From positions 6,048 through 70,047 of the forward strand of contig CANNMD010000001.1 in NCBI GenBank assembly GCA_947505655.1: a stretch of DNA of 64,000 nucleotides. Direction: 5' to 3'. This stretch comes from Acidimicrobiaceae bacterium (lineage in GTDB: Bacteria > Actinomycetota > Acidimicrobiia > Acidimicrobiales > Ilumatobacteraceae). A model generated the notes under the pieces. It was not told where the DNA came from. It saw only the letters and a program-made list of their open reading frames with translations, and made no database searches. Numbering within the stretch: position 1 is the stretch's first letter; the number at the start of each line of letters is the position of its first letter. The position numbers and the translations under genes were made by a program. Below are positions 54,651-63,751 of the stretch, one piece after another.

Positions 54651-55709
54651 CTACTTCCGTTTTGCAACGAAGGGCGCTGCCACCACGGTGCCCGCCAGTG
54701 CGCTACCGCGAACATCGATCGTTACCGCAGTGCCGATTTCAATGTCGGGTGGCAGAAATGCCAACGCGATTCCGTGTTGCAACACAGGTGAAAAATTGCC
54801 GCTAGTGAGCACACCGACGTGCTGGCCGTCGAGCAGCACAGCGCAACCCTCGCGAGGCGGACGACGTCCCTCGGTGGCGATCGCCCGCAAGAGCCGACTC
54901 ACTCCCCCGGCTTGCTCTGCGGCGAGTGCAGCGCGTCCACGGAACTCACCCTTGGTCCACGACACGACCCAGCCGAGACCTGCTTGTAGCGAGGTGATGC
55001 CGGGCCCAAGTTCGTGACCATGCAACGGCAACCCGGCTTCGAGGCGAAGCGTGTCGCGTGCTCCGAGCCCGGCGGGCGTGATGCCTGCGTCGAGCAACTG
55101 CCGCCAGAGTGCGCCTGCAGCGTGGGCGGGAATGGCAATCTCTACGCCGTCTTCTCCGGTGTAGCCAGTGCCAGCCACAACGCAGCTCACGCCTTGCCAC
55201 ACAACAGTGGCGACGCAGAACCGTTTCACCGCCGCGGCGTCGGGAAACACCGTCGCCAATCGGGCACGAGCCTCGGGACCCTGCACCGCAATCACGGCGC
55301 GGTTCTGCGTAGTTTCGACACCACCGATTGCTTCACGAACACCGTCGGTATTCGAGGCGTTAGGCATCACATCGAAGGTCTCATTATCGACCCACCACAC
55401 GATGATGTCGTCGAGCACCGATGCATCGGTTTCGTCGAGCAAGTGTGTGTATTGCGCTTTGCCAGGTGCGATTTTGCCGAGGTCGTTCGTGAAGGCCCGT
55501 TGCAGTTGGTCGAATACATCTGGGCCCGTCACACGAACTGTTCCGAGATGCGAAACGTCGAACATGACAGCGCCACTTCGGCACGCCAGATGTTCTTCGA
55601 TGGTTCCGCTGGCATACGACAACGGCATGTCCCATCCGCCGAAGGGCACCATCTTTGCGCCGAGCGCGCGATGCGCCGCATCGAGCGGCGAATACCTGAG
55701 CTCGGACAC
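54651..55709 (-). CDS. gcvT: glycine cleavage system aminomethyltransferase (T protein)
   Basis: GTG at 55709. Contains LRYSPLDAAHRALGAKMVPFGGWDMPLSY, FDVSHLG and GYTGEDG. Confidence 0.9.
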   Translation of the reverse strand: MSELRYSPLDAAHRALGAKMVPFGGWDMPLSYASGTIEEHLACRSGAVMFDVSHLGTVRVTGPDVFDQLQRAFTNDLGKIAPGKAQYTHLLDETDASVLDDIIVWWVDNETFDVMPNASNTDGVREAIGGVETTQNRAVIAVQGPEARARLATVFPDAAAVKRFCVATVVWQGVSCVVAGTGYTGEDGVEIAIPAHAAGALWRQLLDAGITPAGLGARDTLRLEAGLPLHGHELGPGITSLQAGLGWVVSWTKGEFRGRAALAAEQAGGVSRLLRAIATEGRRPPREGCAVLLDGQHVGVLTSGNFSPVLQHGIALAFLPPDIEIGTAVTIDVRGSALAGTVVAAPFVAKRK

Positions 55710-55714
55710 CGAGG

Positions 55715-56164
55715 TCAGATCGCTACGTGCGCTTCGGGAACAGCGTGTGGACCGACAATGCTGATGAGCGACGAATCGATCTCGCTCTTCACGCCGGCCA
55801 ACGGCAACACGTTGAGAACGCCTTGGCCCTTCCTGAGCACGTCGATCAGTTCTTCGCCATCGCACAGCACCACGTTGGACCCGCTGATCACAATGTGCGC
55901 CGAAGCAATGTCTGAGTTCACGTGCTCGCGCAGGTAGCTAAACACTTCGCGGACCGAGGCGAGCTTGATGCCAGCGTCCAAGAGGTTCTTGATCACGCGG
56001 AGTTCGAGAAGATCGCGATACGAGTACTCGCGACGTGAACCGCTGCCGGCGGCGTCGAGCAACGATGGTCGCACCAAGCCGGTACGTGCCCAATAATCGA
56101 GTTGACGATACGAGATGCCAACGATGCTGGCTGTCTTGGTGCCGCTGAAACCTGCTTCGATCAT
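55715..56164 (-). CDS. MerR family transcriptional regulator (Rv1830-like position)
   Basis: HTH: TKTASIVGISYRQLDYWARTGLVRPS...REYSYRDLLELRVIKNLLDAG. Its stop is 5 nt before the gcvT start. Confidence 0.85.
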   Translation of the reverse strand: MIEAGFSGTKTASIVGISYRQLDYWARTGLVRPSLLDAAGSGSRREYSYRDLLELRVIKNLLDAGIKLASVREVFSYLREHVNSDIASAHIVISGSNVVLCDGEELIDVLRKGQGVLNVLPLAGVKSEIDSSLISIVGPHAVPEAHVAI

Positions 56165-56328
56165 GGCTGCCTCCGTGATCTAGAGAATATGTCACTTACA
56201 CAACGGTAGTTACGGCCATGTAAGGAGGATCACAGTACGGTACCGCGCGCGCGCCGTCAAGCTTTCTCGCGCGGAGCGCAAACATAAATTCACGCACAGC
56301 GCGAAGACGCCTGCGGTGAGGAACAGCG

Positions 56329-56853
56329 TCAGCTACTGAAGTCTTCGGGGCTGATGTTCTCGATGAAGTCGCGGAACTCATCGAGGATCGATTCGGCTTC
56401 GCCTTCGCCTAATTCGGCGTGCTCGACCTCGGGCTCTTGGCCCACTTCATCGAGCAACTCAGACGTCGCGTAGATGGCGGCTCCTGTGCGGGCAGCGATA
56501 GCCATTGCGTCAGAGGGCCGACTCGACAGCTCACGAAGCCCAGCGGGCGTCTGCAGGTGAATGGTGGCGTAATAGGTGTGTTCGCGGATCTCAGTGATGA
56601 CGACTCGATCGACCGTTGCATCGAGCAGCGTGATGAACTGCACCAACAGGTCGTGGGTCATCGGCCGCGGCGCAGTGAGGCCCTTGAGCGCAAAATGGAT
56701 GGACGACGCCTCGGCGTTGCCAATCATGATCGCTAAGCCGCGCTGGCGACCCGCCTGCTCACGGAGGAATACAACCGGGGTGTTGTCGGGAGGCTCAATT
56801 CGAACCTCAACAAGCTCCATCGCGATATCCACGTCGGTGATGGTAACTCGCAT
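56329..56853 (-). CDS. bifunctional nuclease (BFN/DUF151) family protein
   Basis: Contains MELVEVRIEPPDNTPVVFLRE...IMIGNAEASSI...PRPMTHDLL. Acidic tail. Confidence 0.8.
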   Translation of the reverse strand: MRVTITDVDIAMELVEVRIEPPDNTPVVFLREQAGRQRGLAIMIGNAEASSIHFALKGLTAPRPMTHDLLVQFITLLDATVDRVVITEIREHTYYATIHLQTPAGLRELSSRPSDAMAIAARTGAAIYATSELLDEVGQEPEVEHAELGEGEAESILDEFRDFIENISPEDFSS

Positions 56854-56904
56854 TCACGATCGAGTGCGAACGAACGCAAGCGAAAAGCGAAACTGCTGAG
56901 CTAC

Positions 56905-57933
56905 TTAGGCTCCGTCGAAGTGGTGGCGCAACATCGACTCGATCATCGCTGCGCGCAGCTGGTTGCCAAGTTCGGCAAGCTCGCTGAGCGTCTGCAGCGC
57001 CTGCTGCCGCGACTGCGGGTTGCGCTGACGAAGCAACGGCATGATGCGCTGCTCGAATAACGCCGATTCGCGCTCGGCGGCCTGACGCCATGAGCGAAGG
57101 TGGCGAGCGTCGATGCCTTGCTCAAGAAAGCGCGCTGCGATGCGGGCGATCTCGACGGCGTCGGCCTGATACGTGGCATCGGCGCCTGCTCCGCGTGAGG
57201 GCACAATGGCGAACTCATCGAGTTCGCGCAACTGCTCTTCAGAAATCTCGGCAGCCAAGCGCAATTCGTCGCGGCTGTAGGGCAGGCCGGGAAGATCTAC
57301 CGCTGGGGCCTTTGCAGCCGCAACCGGCTTGGCCGCAGCTACAGGCTGCGCTGGCTTGGCTGCAGCCTTGGGCGCTGCCTGTGAAGGCTCTGCTGGCTCG
57401 TTGGCGCCCACCACAGTGAGCACGGGCACCGCAGACACGATTGGTGCCAGTGGAGTAACAGGCACTGAACCAGTGGCAGGCCGCGCCGAAGGATGACGCG
57501 AGGTTTGTGCAGCAATGTCGCCAGGGATCAACGCTTTGCCTCCAGCCCATTCGGGTCCGCCGTCGGTGCGACGAAACACGCTGTCACGCTGGGGCACTTC
57601 GGGGACGACCGTGTTGCGAATCTCGACATTGCGAATGCCGCGTGGCGGTGTGCGCCCCCCGGTGGGATCGGTTTCGATGGTGCCTGACTCGATTCGATCG
57701 CGGATGACCTTGAGCGGAAGGAAGTTCTCTTTTTGCTCGTGCAGAATCGCGCGCAGCAGGTCTACATCGTGTTCGTAAAACTTGCGATAGCCAGACGGCG
57801 TGCGCTCTGGCTCAATTAAGCCCTGACTCTCGAGGAATCGGATTTTTGAGATCGTTACATCGGGGAAGTCCTCGAGCAACAGTCCAAGCACCTCACCGAT
57901 GGACAGGTATTGGTTATCAGACATCGTGGTCAC
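56905..57933 (-). CDS. MerR family regulator with long Ala/Pro linker (Rv1828/FtsR-like position)
   Basis: N-terminal HTH: LSIGEVLGLLLEDFPDVTISKIRFLESQGLIEPERTPSGYRKFYEHDV. Second conserved C-terminal domain. AAKPA repeats in the linker. Confidence 0.8.
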   Translation of the reverse strand: MTTMSDNQYLSIGEVLGLLLEDFPDVTISKIRFLESQGLIEPERTPSGYRKFYEHDVDLLRAILHEQKENFLPLKVIRDRIESGTIETDPTGGRTPPRGIRNVEIRNTVVPEVPQRDSVFRRTDGGPEWAGGKALIPGDIAAQTSRHPSARPATGSVPVTPLAPIVSAVPVLTVVGANEPAEPSQAAPKAAAKPAQPVAAAKPVAAAKAPAVDLPGLPYSRDELRLAAEISEEQLRELDEFAIVPSRGAGADATYQADAVEIARIAARFLEQGIDARHLRSWRQAAERESALFEQRIMPLLRQRNPQSRQQALQTLSELAELGNQLRAAMIESMLRHHFDGA

Positions 57934-58412
57934 TGCGCCCGCTCGAAAAAGACGAGGCGGAACTTGCCGACCTGGAGTTCGTCGCCCTGACTCAACAAGG
58001 CTTCTTCAATGCGCTGCTGATTGACATAGGTTCCGTTCAGCGAGCCTGCGTCGCGAGACACGTACCCCGCAGCTGTGCGCTCTACTTCGGCGTGACGCCG
58101 AGAGACCGTGATGTCGTCGAGCATGATTTCGCTATCGGGGTGGCGGCCGAGATGGGTGACCGTGGCGCGAAGGGCAAAACGCTCGCCTGCCTGTGCACCG
58201 CTGCGCACGATGAGTACGCCACAATCATCGGGAACCGTGCTGAGATCTACGTGCACATCGTCGGCTGTGCCGGGTGCGTCGAGCAATGGATCGACATTGG
58301 GCAGCGTGATGGTGTGATCCGAGGCGAGATCGAGCGCGGAGCCACACGCCGAGCAAAAGTTCGACTCGGTGCGATTTCTATGTCCGCAATCGTTACAGAA
58401 CACGTAGGCCAC
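57930..58412 (-). CDS. FHA-domain protein (GarA/OdhI position) with N-terminal zinc ribbon
   Basis: Zinc ribbon: CNDCGHRNRTESNFCSACG. FHA core: LGRHPDSEIMLDDITVSRRHAEV...DAGSLNGTYVN. Confidence 0.85.
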   Translation of the reverse strand: MAYVFCNDCGHRNRTESNFCSACGSALDLASDHTITLPNVDPLLDAPGTADDVHVDLSTVPDDCGVLIVRSGAQAGERFALRATVTHLGRHPDSEIMLDDITVSRRHAEVERTAAGYVSRDAGSLNGTYVNQQRIEEALLSQGDELQVGKFRLVFFERAQ

Positions 58413-58422
58413 GGCGCAGACC

Positions 58423-58803
58423 TTAGCTTTCTGTCAACGCGCGATAAGAAACGGCGTCGATCAATTGTGCCGTCTGGCTGGGGTCGGACATCTCGATCAC
58501 GCAGATCCAGCCGCCGCCGTAGGGGTCGTTATTCACTGCCGCAGGATCAGAACCCAGCGCAGCGTTGACCTCAGCTACGACACCCGAGACTGGGGCGTAG
58601 ATATCGGACACCGACTTGGTGCTCTCGACCTCGCTGAAGCTTTGGCCATTCGTGACGGTGGCACCAATGTCTGGAACCTGCACGTAGACAACATCGCCTA
58701 ACGCGTCTTGAGCAAAATCGGTGATTCCAATGCGAGCCCGGTTGCCCGATATCTGGATCCACTCATGGTCACTTGAGTACAGCAGCTCGTCAGGCACGTT
58801 CAT
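58423..58803 (-). CDS. gcvH: glycine cleavage system H protein
   Basis: Contains SDHEWI. Lipoyl-Lys motif VESTKSVSDIYAPVSG. Confidence 0.92.
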   Translation of the reverse strand: MNVPDELLYSSDHEWIQISGNRARIGITDFAQDALGDVVYVQVPDIGATVTNGQSFSEVESTKSVSDIYAPVSGVVAEVNAALGSDPAAVNNDPYGGGWICVIEMSDPSQTAQLIDAVSYRALTES

Positions 58804-58893
58804 TAGCCCACACGGTACTCAACTTGAGACCCCCCTGTGAACAAACCCAAGACTGACCCTCTGCCTGAGGCTGAGATTTCCGAAACTGACTGC

Positions 58894-61377
58894 TCAGCGC
58901 AGCAATTGTCGAATGCGCCGGGCGTATTCTTGGCCGAGTCGACGCGAGTCGGCGTCGGTGTTGCCCTCGGCCCACACATGGGTGACCGGCTCCTCGGGAT
59001 CAGGCAGCGCCAAGACCCATCCGTCGTCGTGCATCACCTTGACACCGTCGACCAGCACCACATCGCGTCCGGCCATCTCGACCAAGCTGCGCATGACTAA
59101 ACCCTTTTGTTCCCAGGGCGTCACCACCGTTTCGTGCACAACGTGTGACTTGGGCAGACCGGAGACAACGTCGGCCAAGGTTCGTTCGGTGCGGGCCAAA
59201 AGGTCGAGGATCTTGAGCAACGCACCCGCAGCATCGAACGCTGGCAGAAAGCCCGGCAAGATGTATCCGCCAGCACCATCGGAAGCGAAGCCAACTGCTG
59301 GATCCATCGCCGCTGCCATGAGTGCCGCCATCGAGATCTTGGTGGGCACAACATCGACCCCGTGGGCCTCGGCCAAACGAGTGGCCTGTTGGCTGATGTT
59401 TACTGGTAACGCAATGGCATCGCCGAGCAGGTGGTCGCAGACCAGATCGACGAACGCCAAGAGGGCTTCGTCGTGGGTCAACACCCGACCCTCATTGTCG
59501 ATGAGTGTGAGCCGCTCGCCGTCGGCATCGATGATGGCGCCAAGGTGAGCACCTGAGGCACGCACCAGCCCGCCAACACGCTCGCTCGCAACAGCGAGAT
59601 CGAAGGCAACGCGATCGGAGGTAGACACGTAGGGGTTTACCGCAAGCACGTCGGCGCCGAGTTTGCCGAGCAACGTGGGCATCACCAACGAGGTGGCACC
59701 AAAGCTGTAGTCGACCACGAGCTTGAATTTGCTGTCGCGGATGGCATCGGCTTGCACGGTGGCCTCAAGTGCAACGGTGTATTCCTCGAGTGCGCGCGGC
59801 GGAAACTGAATGTCGCCAATCTCTTCGGCAAGCACGCGCCGGAAATCTTCGCGCTGGAAGAGACGCTCGATTTTGCGTTGGCCGTCCTCGCTGATGTCGG
59901 TGCCCGACGAATCGAAGAACCGCACGATGACGCGCGACGGGTCGTCTTGATGCAGCCGAACGGTGAGCCCGGCGAAGGCTCGCGGCGAACGGGTGAGGAA
60001 CCGCGTGACCGGAACGCTGGCCACCTCGAGGTCGAGCACATCGACGCCCGACGCATTGAGCCCGGCCATGATTGCTCGCTTGAGCATGCGCGCAGCGCGG
60101 CTCGAGTCTCGTGAGATCACGACCGTGGTGCCCTTCTTTAACGACGTGCCGTGGGCCATTGCCAGCTTGACCGCAAGCTCGGGCGTGACATCTACGTTGG
60201 CCAACCCGGTGACGCCATCTCGGCCGAACAGGCTGCGCGAACCCTTGCTCTCCCAGACGATGCTGGTATTCACCACTGCGCCATCTTCGATGGTCTTAAA
60301 CGGGTACACCTTGACATCGCCGTTGAGCACAGCGCCGCTACCGACGAACACTGAGTCGCCCAGCACCACGCCTTCGTCGATGCGAACGTTCGAGCGGATG
60401 CTGCAACTGCGACCCACTACTGCCCCGCGCAGGCGAACGCCGGAACCAACGTAGACATTGTCGTGAAGCACCGAGCGTTCGATGTGCACGTCGGTGAGCA
60501 GCCGCACGTTGGAGCCAAGCACGGTGTACTCGCCGAGCCGACATCCGGCTTCGACCTTGCAGCCCGGCCCGATAACGGCTGGGCCGGTGACGGTGGCCGA
60601 CGGCGAAATCTCGGCACCCTCGCCGAGCCACACTCCATCGCTGATGCGGAATCCGGGAATCTCGAGTTGCACCTTTTGGTCGAGCACATCTTTGTGCGCA
60701 TTGAGATACGCATCGAGCGTGCCGACGTCTTCCCAAAAGCCTTCGGCTACGGCGCCATACAACGGCAACCCTTCGGCGAGCAGTTGTGGAAAGACCTCGC
60801 CACTGAAGTCGACCGAGCGACCCTCGGGGATGTAGTCGAAGATCGATGGCTCGAGCACGTAAATGCCGGTGTTGATGGTGTCGCTGAACACCTGGCCCCA
60901 CGTGGGCTTCTCGAGGAACCGTTCGATGGTGCCGTCTTCGCGGGTGATGACAATGCCGAAGTCGAGTGGGTTCTCAACGGGCGTGAGACCGATTGTGGCA
61001 ATCGCTTTGTGCTCGTCGTGAAACGCCACCAACGCTCCCAGATCCATGTCGGTCATGACGTCGCCCGAGATCACCAAGAACCGCTCGTTCAACAAGTGCC
61101 TCGCGTTGCCGACGCTGCCGGCAGTACCTAATGGCACGGCCTCGTGTGCGTAGTGCATCGTGACGCCGAACTCGCTGCCGTCGCCGAAGTAGGTCTTGAT
61201 CGCGTTGGCCAAAAAGGCAACGGTGACCACTATCTCGTCGAAGCCGTGTTTGCGCAACAGGTTGATGACGTGCTCCATCATCGGCACGTTGGCAATAGGC
61301 AGCATGGGCTTCGGAGCGTTTGAGGTGAGCGGGCGAAGTCGGGTGCCTTCGCCGCCCGCCATGATGACGGCCTTCAT
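58894..61377 (-). CDS. fusion protein: sugar-1-phosphate nucleotidyltransferase + left-handed beta-helix + phosphohexomutase (PMM/PGM)-like domains
   Basis: ATG at 61377. Begins MKAVIMAGGEGTRLRPLT (GxGTRxxPLT). Hexapeptide repeats in the middle. The C-terminal half has the metal loop IIDADGERL. 827 aa. Confidence 0.85.
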   Translation of the reverse strand: MKAVIMAGGEGTRLRPLTSNAPKPMLPIANVPMMEHVINLLRKHGFDEIVVTVAFLANAIKTYFGDGSEFGVTMHYAHEAVPLGTAGSVGNARHLLNERFLVISGDVMTDMDLGALVAFHDEHKAIATIGLTPVENPLDFGIVITREDGTIERFLEKPTWGQVFSDTINTGIYVLEPSIFDYIPEGRSVDFSGEVFPQLLAEGLPLYGAVAEGFWEDVGTLDAYLNAHKDVLDQKVQLEIPGFRISDGVWLGEGAEISPSATVTGPAVIGPGCKVEAGCRLGEYTVLGSNVRLLTDVHIERSVLHDNVYVGSGVRLRGAVVGRSCSIRSNVRIDEGVVLGDSVFVGSGAVLNGDVKVYPFKTIEDGAVVNTSIVWESKGSRSLFGRDGVTGLANVDVTPELAVKLAMAHGTSLKKGTTVVISRDSSRAARMLKRAIMAGLNASGVDVLDLEVASVPVTRFLTRSPRAFAGLTVRLHQDDPSRVIVRFFDSSGTDISEDGQRKIERLFQREDFRRVLAEEIGDIQFPPRALEEYTVALEATVQADAIRDSKFKLVVDYSFGATSLVMPTLLGKLGADVLAVNPYVSTSDRVAFDLAVASERVGGLVRASGAHLGAIIDADGERLTLIDNEGRVLTHDEALLAFVDLVCDHLLGDAIALPVNISQQATRLAEAHGVDVVPTKISMAALMAAAMDPAVGFASDGAGGYILPGFLPAFDAAGALLKILDLLARTERTLADVVSGLPKSHVVHETVVTPWEQKGLVMRSLVEMAGRDVVLVDGVKVMHDDGWVLALPDPEEPVTHVWAEGNTDADSRRLGQEYARRIRQLLR

Positions 61378-61390
61378 GATTTCTCTGTAT

Positions 61391-62074
61391 TCATAGTGCG
61401 AGATCCTTGTGCGCTCGATCGGCCCGGCCGTCGCGCAGGTTGGCGCGAATGACTGGGATGTATGCAAATGCGGTCCAGTAACTGATGATCAACCCAGGAA
61501 TGGCGCAGAGCCAACCGGTGATCTGAAACGGGAGCCTGTAACGAAAATCGGATTGCCCCAAGAGCAGGCCCGGCAGCGCCAGCATCAACAAGAAGGTGGC
61601 CATCTTGCCCCACCACGTGACATCGAATCGCTTCATTCCAAAGGCTGTTGCCAACGCGACGATGGCTCCGAAGAGTGTTTCGCGAACGAGTACAAGCCAG
61701 AAGAACCACAACGGGCTCACGCCATACACGATGATGCCCACAAGTCCGACGATGAACATCAAACGATCGGCGGTTGGGTCAAGCACCTTGCCCAGATTGC
61801 TCACCTGGTTAAAGCGTCGAGCGATGTATCCGTCGATCCAGTCTGTGCCGCCGAGTCCACCCATGAGCCAAGCGGCGCCAGCAACGTTGTCGCGGCCGAA
61901 CAAGAGATACAAGAACAGCGGGATGCACAGCAACCGAACAACTGACATTGCGTTTGGGATCGTGACAATGCGATCGGTGTCGGCCTCGAGTTGCGGGTCT
62001 GATGGCCGATTGATCAGGTGAGCAGATTTCCGTTTTGGGCGAGACGAGTCCGACGACACTGACGAAGCGTACAA
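61391..62074 (-). CDS. CDP-alcohol phosphatidyltransferase (PgsA / eukaryote-type cardiolipin synthase-like)
   Basis: Exact D-x2-DG-x2-AR-x8-G-x3-D-x3-D motif (DWIDGYIARRFNQVSNLGKVLDPTAD). Multi-pass membrane protein. The start (TTG 62074 or GTG 62059) is uncertain. Confidence 0.85.
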   Translation of the reverse strand: MYASSVSSDSSRPKRKSAHLINRPSDPQLEADTDRIVTIPNAMSVVRLLCIPLFLYLLFGRDNVAGAAWLMGGLGGTDWIDGYIARRFNQVSNLGKVLDPTADRLMFIVGLVGIIVYGVSPLWFFWLVLVRETLFGAIVALATAFGMKRFDVTWWGKMATFLLMLALPGLLLGQSDFRYRLPFQITGWLCAIPGLIISYWTAFAYIPVIRANLRDGRADRAHKDLAL

Positions 62075-62147
62075 CGACCTACAGTCGCAGCATGACTACA
62101 CACGCACTACAGGGAAAGGTTGCGTTTGTTCAAGGCGCAGGATCACG

Positions 62148-62549
62148 ATGAGCACCATCTTCACCCGCATCATCAACGGCGACATACCTGGCACGTTCGT
62201 GTACCGCGACGAGCTCTGTGTTGTCTTCATGTCGATCAACCCAATGGCGATTGGTCACGCGCTGGTCGTGCCCATTGAAGAGGTTGACCACTGGGTCGAT
62301 TGCTCACCCGAACTCTCGGCGCATCTCTTCGCCGTAAGCCACCGCGTCGCCAAGGCGCAGCAGTTGGCTTTTGGCTGCGAGCGCGTGGGCCTCATCATCG
62401 CCGGATACGAAGTACCGCACGCGCACATTCACCTGATCCCCACCACGCACATGGGGCAACTGTCGTTTGCCAACGCAGCAACGTCGGTCGATTTTGGAGC
62501 GTTGGCGCAAGCAGCGCAGCGCATTCGCGACGCACTGAACCAAGACTGA
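62148..62549 (+). CDS. HIT family (histidine triad) protein
   Basis: Contains IFTRIINGDIPG and HAHIHLIP. Confidence 0.88.
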   Translation: MSTIFTRIINGDIPGTFVYRDELCVVFMSINPMAIGHALVVPIEEVDHWVDCSPELSAHLFAVSHRVAKAQQLAFGCERVGLIIAGYEVPHAHIHLIPTTHMGQLSFANAATSVDFGALAQAAQRIRDALNQD

Positions 62550-62560
62550 ACCCTGAGGGC

Positions 62561-63751
62561 TCAGCCGAGGCGGAGCGTTTCGAGCGGCTCGAGTTTGGCG
62601 GCGCGAACCGATGGGTACAACCCAGCGATCACCGAGATGACCATCGCGAGAAGGATTCCTGCCGGCGGCAGCCATGGCGCCAGAACGAACACCCAACCAG
62701 CAATGGTGGCGCCTAAGAAAATAGACACGATGCCGAGTAACACCCCGCAGATCCCACCGAGCAATCCAATGAATAGCGACTCGAGCAAGAACTGCGACGC
62801 GATGATCGAGCGGGTGTGACCCAGTGCTCGACGGATACCGATTTCGGCGGAGCGCTGAATCACCGAGATCGACATCACGTTGGCAATGCCAACGCCACCA
62901 ACGATCGAGGCGAGAATGCCCATCGAGACCACGATGAGCTTGATCTGCTGATCACTTTGCGCCGCAAGCTGAAGCGCTTCTGACTTGATGTCGGTGGCCA
63001 CCTCGTCGGGACCGCCGAGGTTGATCGCGATCTTCAGCGCCTCAGAGGTGTCCTTCTCGGCACCTACCTGCGAACGCACGTAGATCTTGTTGGCCAAGAT
63101 CTTGTCGGCATCGACAAAGTCGGCCTTGGCCGCCGAGAACGTAATGAACACTGCGTTGTCGAATGCGGGTTCGAGCTCTACTTCGCTGAGTACCCCAACA
63201 ACGCCGTAGCGAATGTTGCCGAGTTCGATCGTTCGTGTCTCGCCGGGCAGATAGTTGAACTGGCGCGCAAGCCCGATGCCGATCACGGCAGATCTACTCG
63301 TTGCCTGCTCGTCGAACTCGTTGAGCCAACGGCCACTGATGAGTTTGACCTCGAGCACCGAGGGCAACAACACGTCGCTGGCGAGCACCGGAATAGGCAC
63401 TGCCTCGTACTTGTCTCTCGCCTCGTTATAGGGCGTGACCACGATGTTTGCGAGTTCGTGCACCTTAGCAACCGACTTCACGGTGACGACGCTGCGCGCG
63501 CGATCAAGTACGTCTTCGGGAAGCGTGGGGTCCTGGCCACCAAACGCACTGGACGCAGAAACCTCGATGAGGTTGGTGCCGAGTTTGTTGACCTTTGCTT
63601 TGAGGTCGCCCTTAGCGCTGTCGGTGAGACCGACTGCAGCGATGATGGCCGCCACACCGATCATTGGCCCGAGCAACAGCAACAGCGTGCGCACCTTGCG
63701 CGCAAAGAGGCCAGTAAGCGACACCATCAGGAGGTCTTTGAATGTCTTCAT
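62561..63751 (-). CDS. ABC transporter permease, MacB/FtsX-like
   Basis: N-terminal TM, a large periplasmic domain, and a C-terminal FtsX 3-TM bundle (EIGIRRALG). Confidence 0.85.
   Translation of the reverse strand: MKTFKDLLMVSLTGLFARKVRTLLLLLGPMIGVAAIIAAVGLTDSAKGDLKAKVNKLGTNLIEVSASSAFGGQDPTLPEDVLDRARSVVTVKSVAKVHELANIVVTPYNEARDKYEAVPIPVLASDVLLPSVLEVKLISGRWLNEFDEQATSRSAVIGIGLARQFNYLPGETRTIELGNIRYGVVGVLSEVELEPAFDNAVFITFSAAKADFVDADKILANKIYVRSQVGAEKDTSEALKIAINLGGPDEVATDIKSEALQLAAQSDQQIKLIVVSMGILASIVGGVGIANVMSISVIQRSAEIGIRRALGHTRSIIASQFLLESLFIGLLGGICGVLLGIVSIFLGATIAGWVFVLAPWLPPAGILLAMVISVIAGLYPSVRAAKLEPLETLRLG

Noticed and set aside
56165-56328. ttaca-N17-tgtaa inverted repeat in the spacer upstream of the 149-aa MerR gene as a MerR operator
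   Set aside because: The arms are short (5 bp) and I cannot place -35/-10 elements with confidence. It is too weak to call.
58804-58893. Possible glycine riboswitch upstream of gcvH (minus strand reads ctcaggcagagggtc)
   Set aside because: Only the 3' CUCAGGC..GG-like fragment is present. There is no GGAGAG or CCGAAGGGGCAA core. The leader is too short (90 nt), and the upstream sequence is coding.
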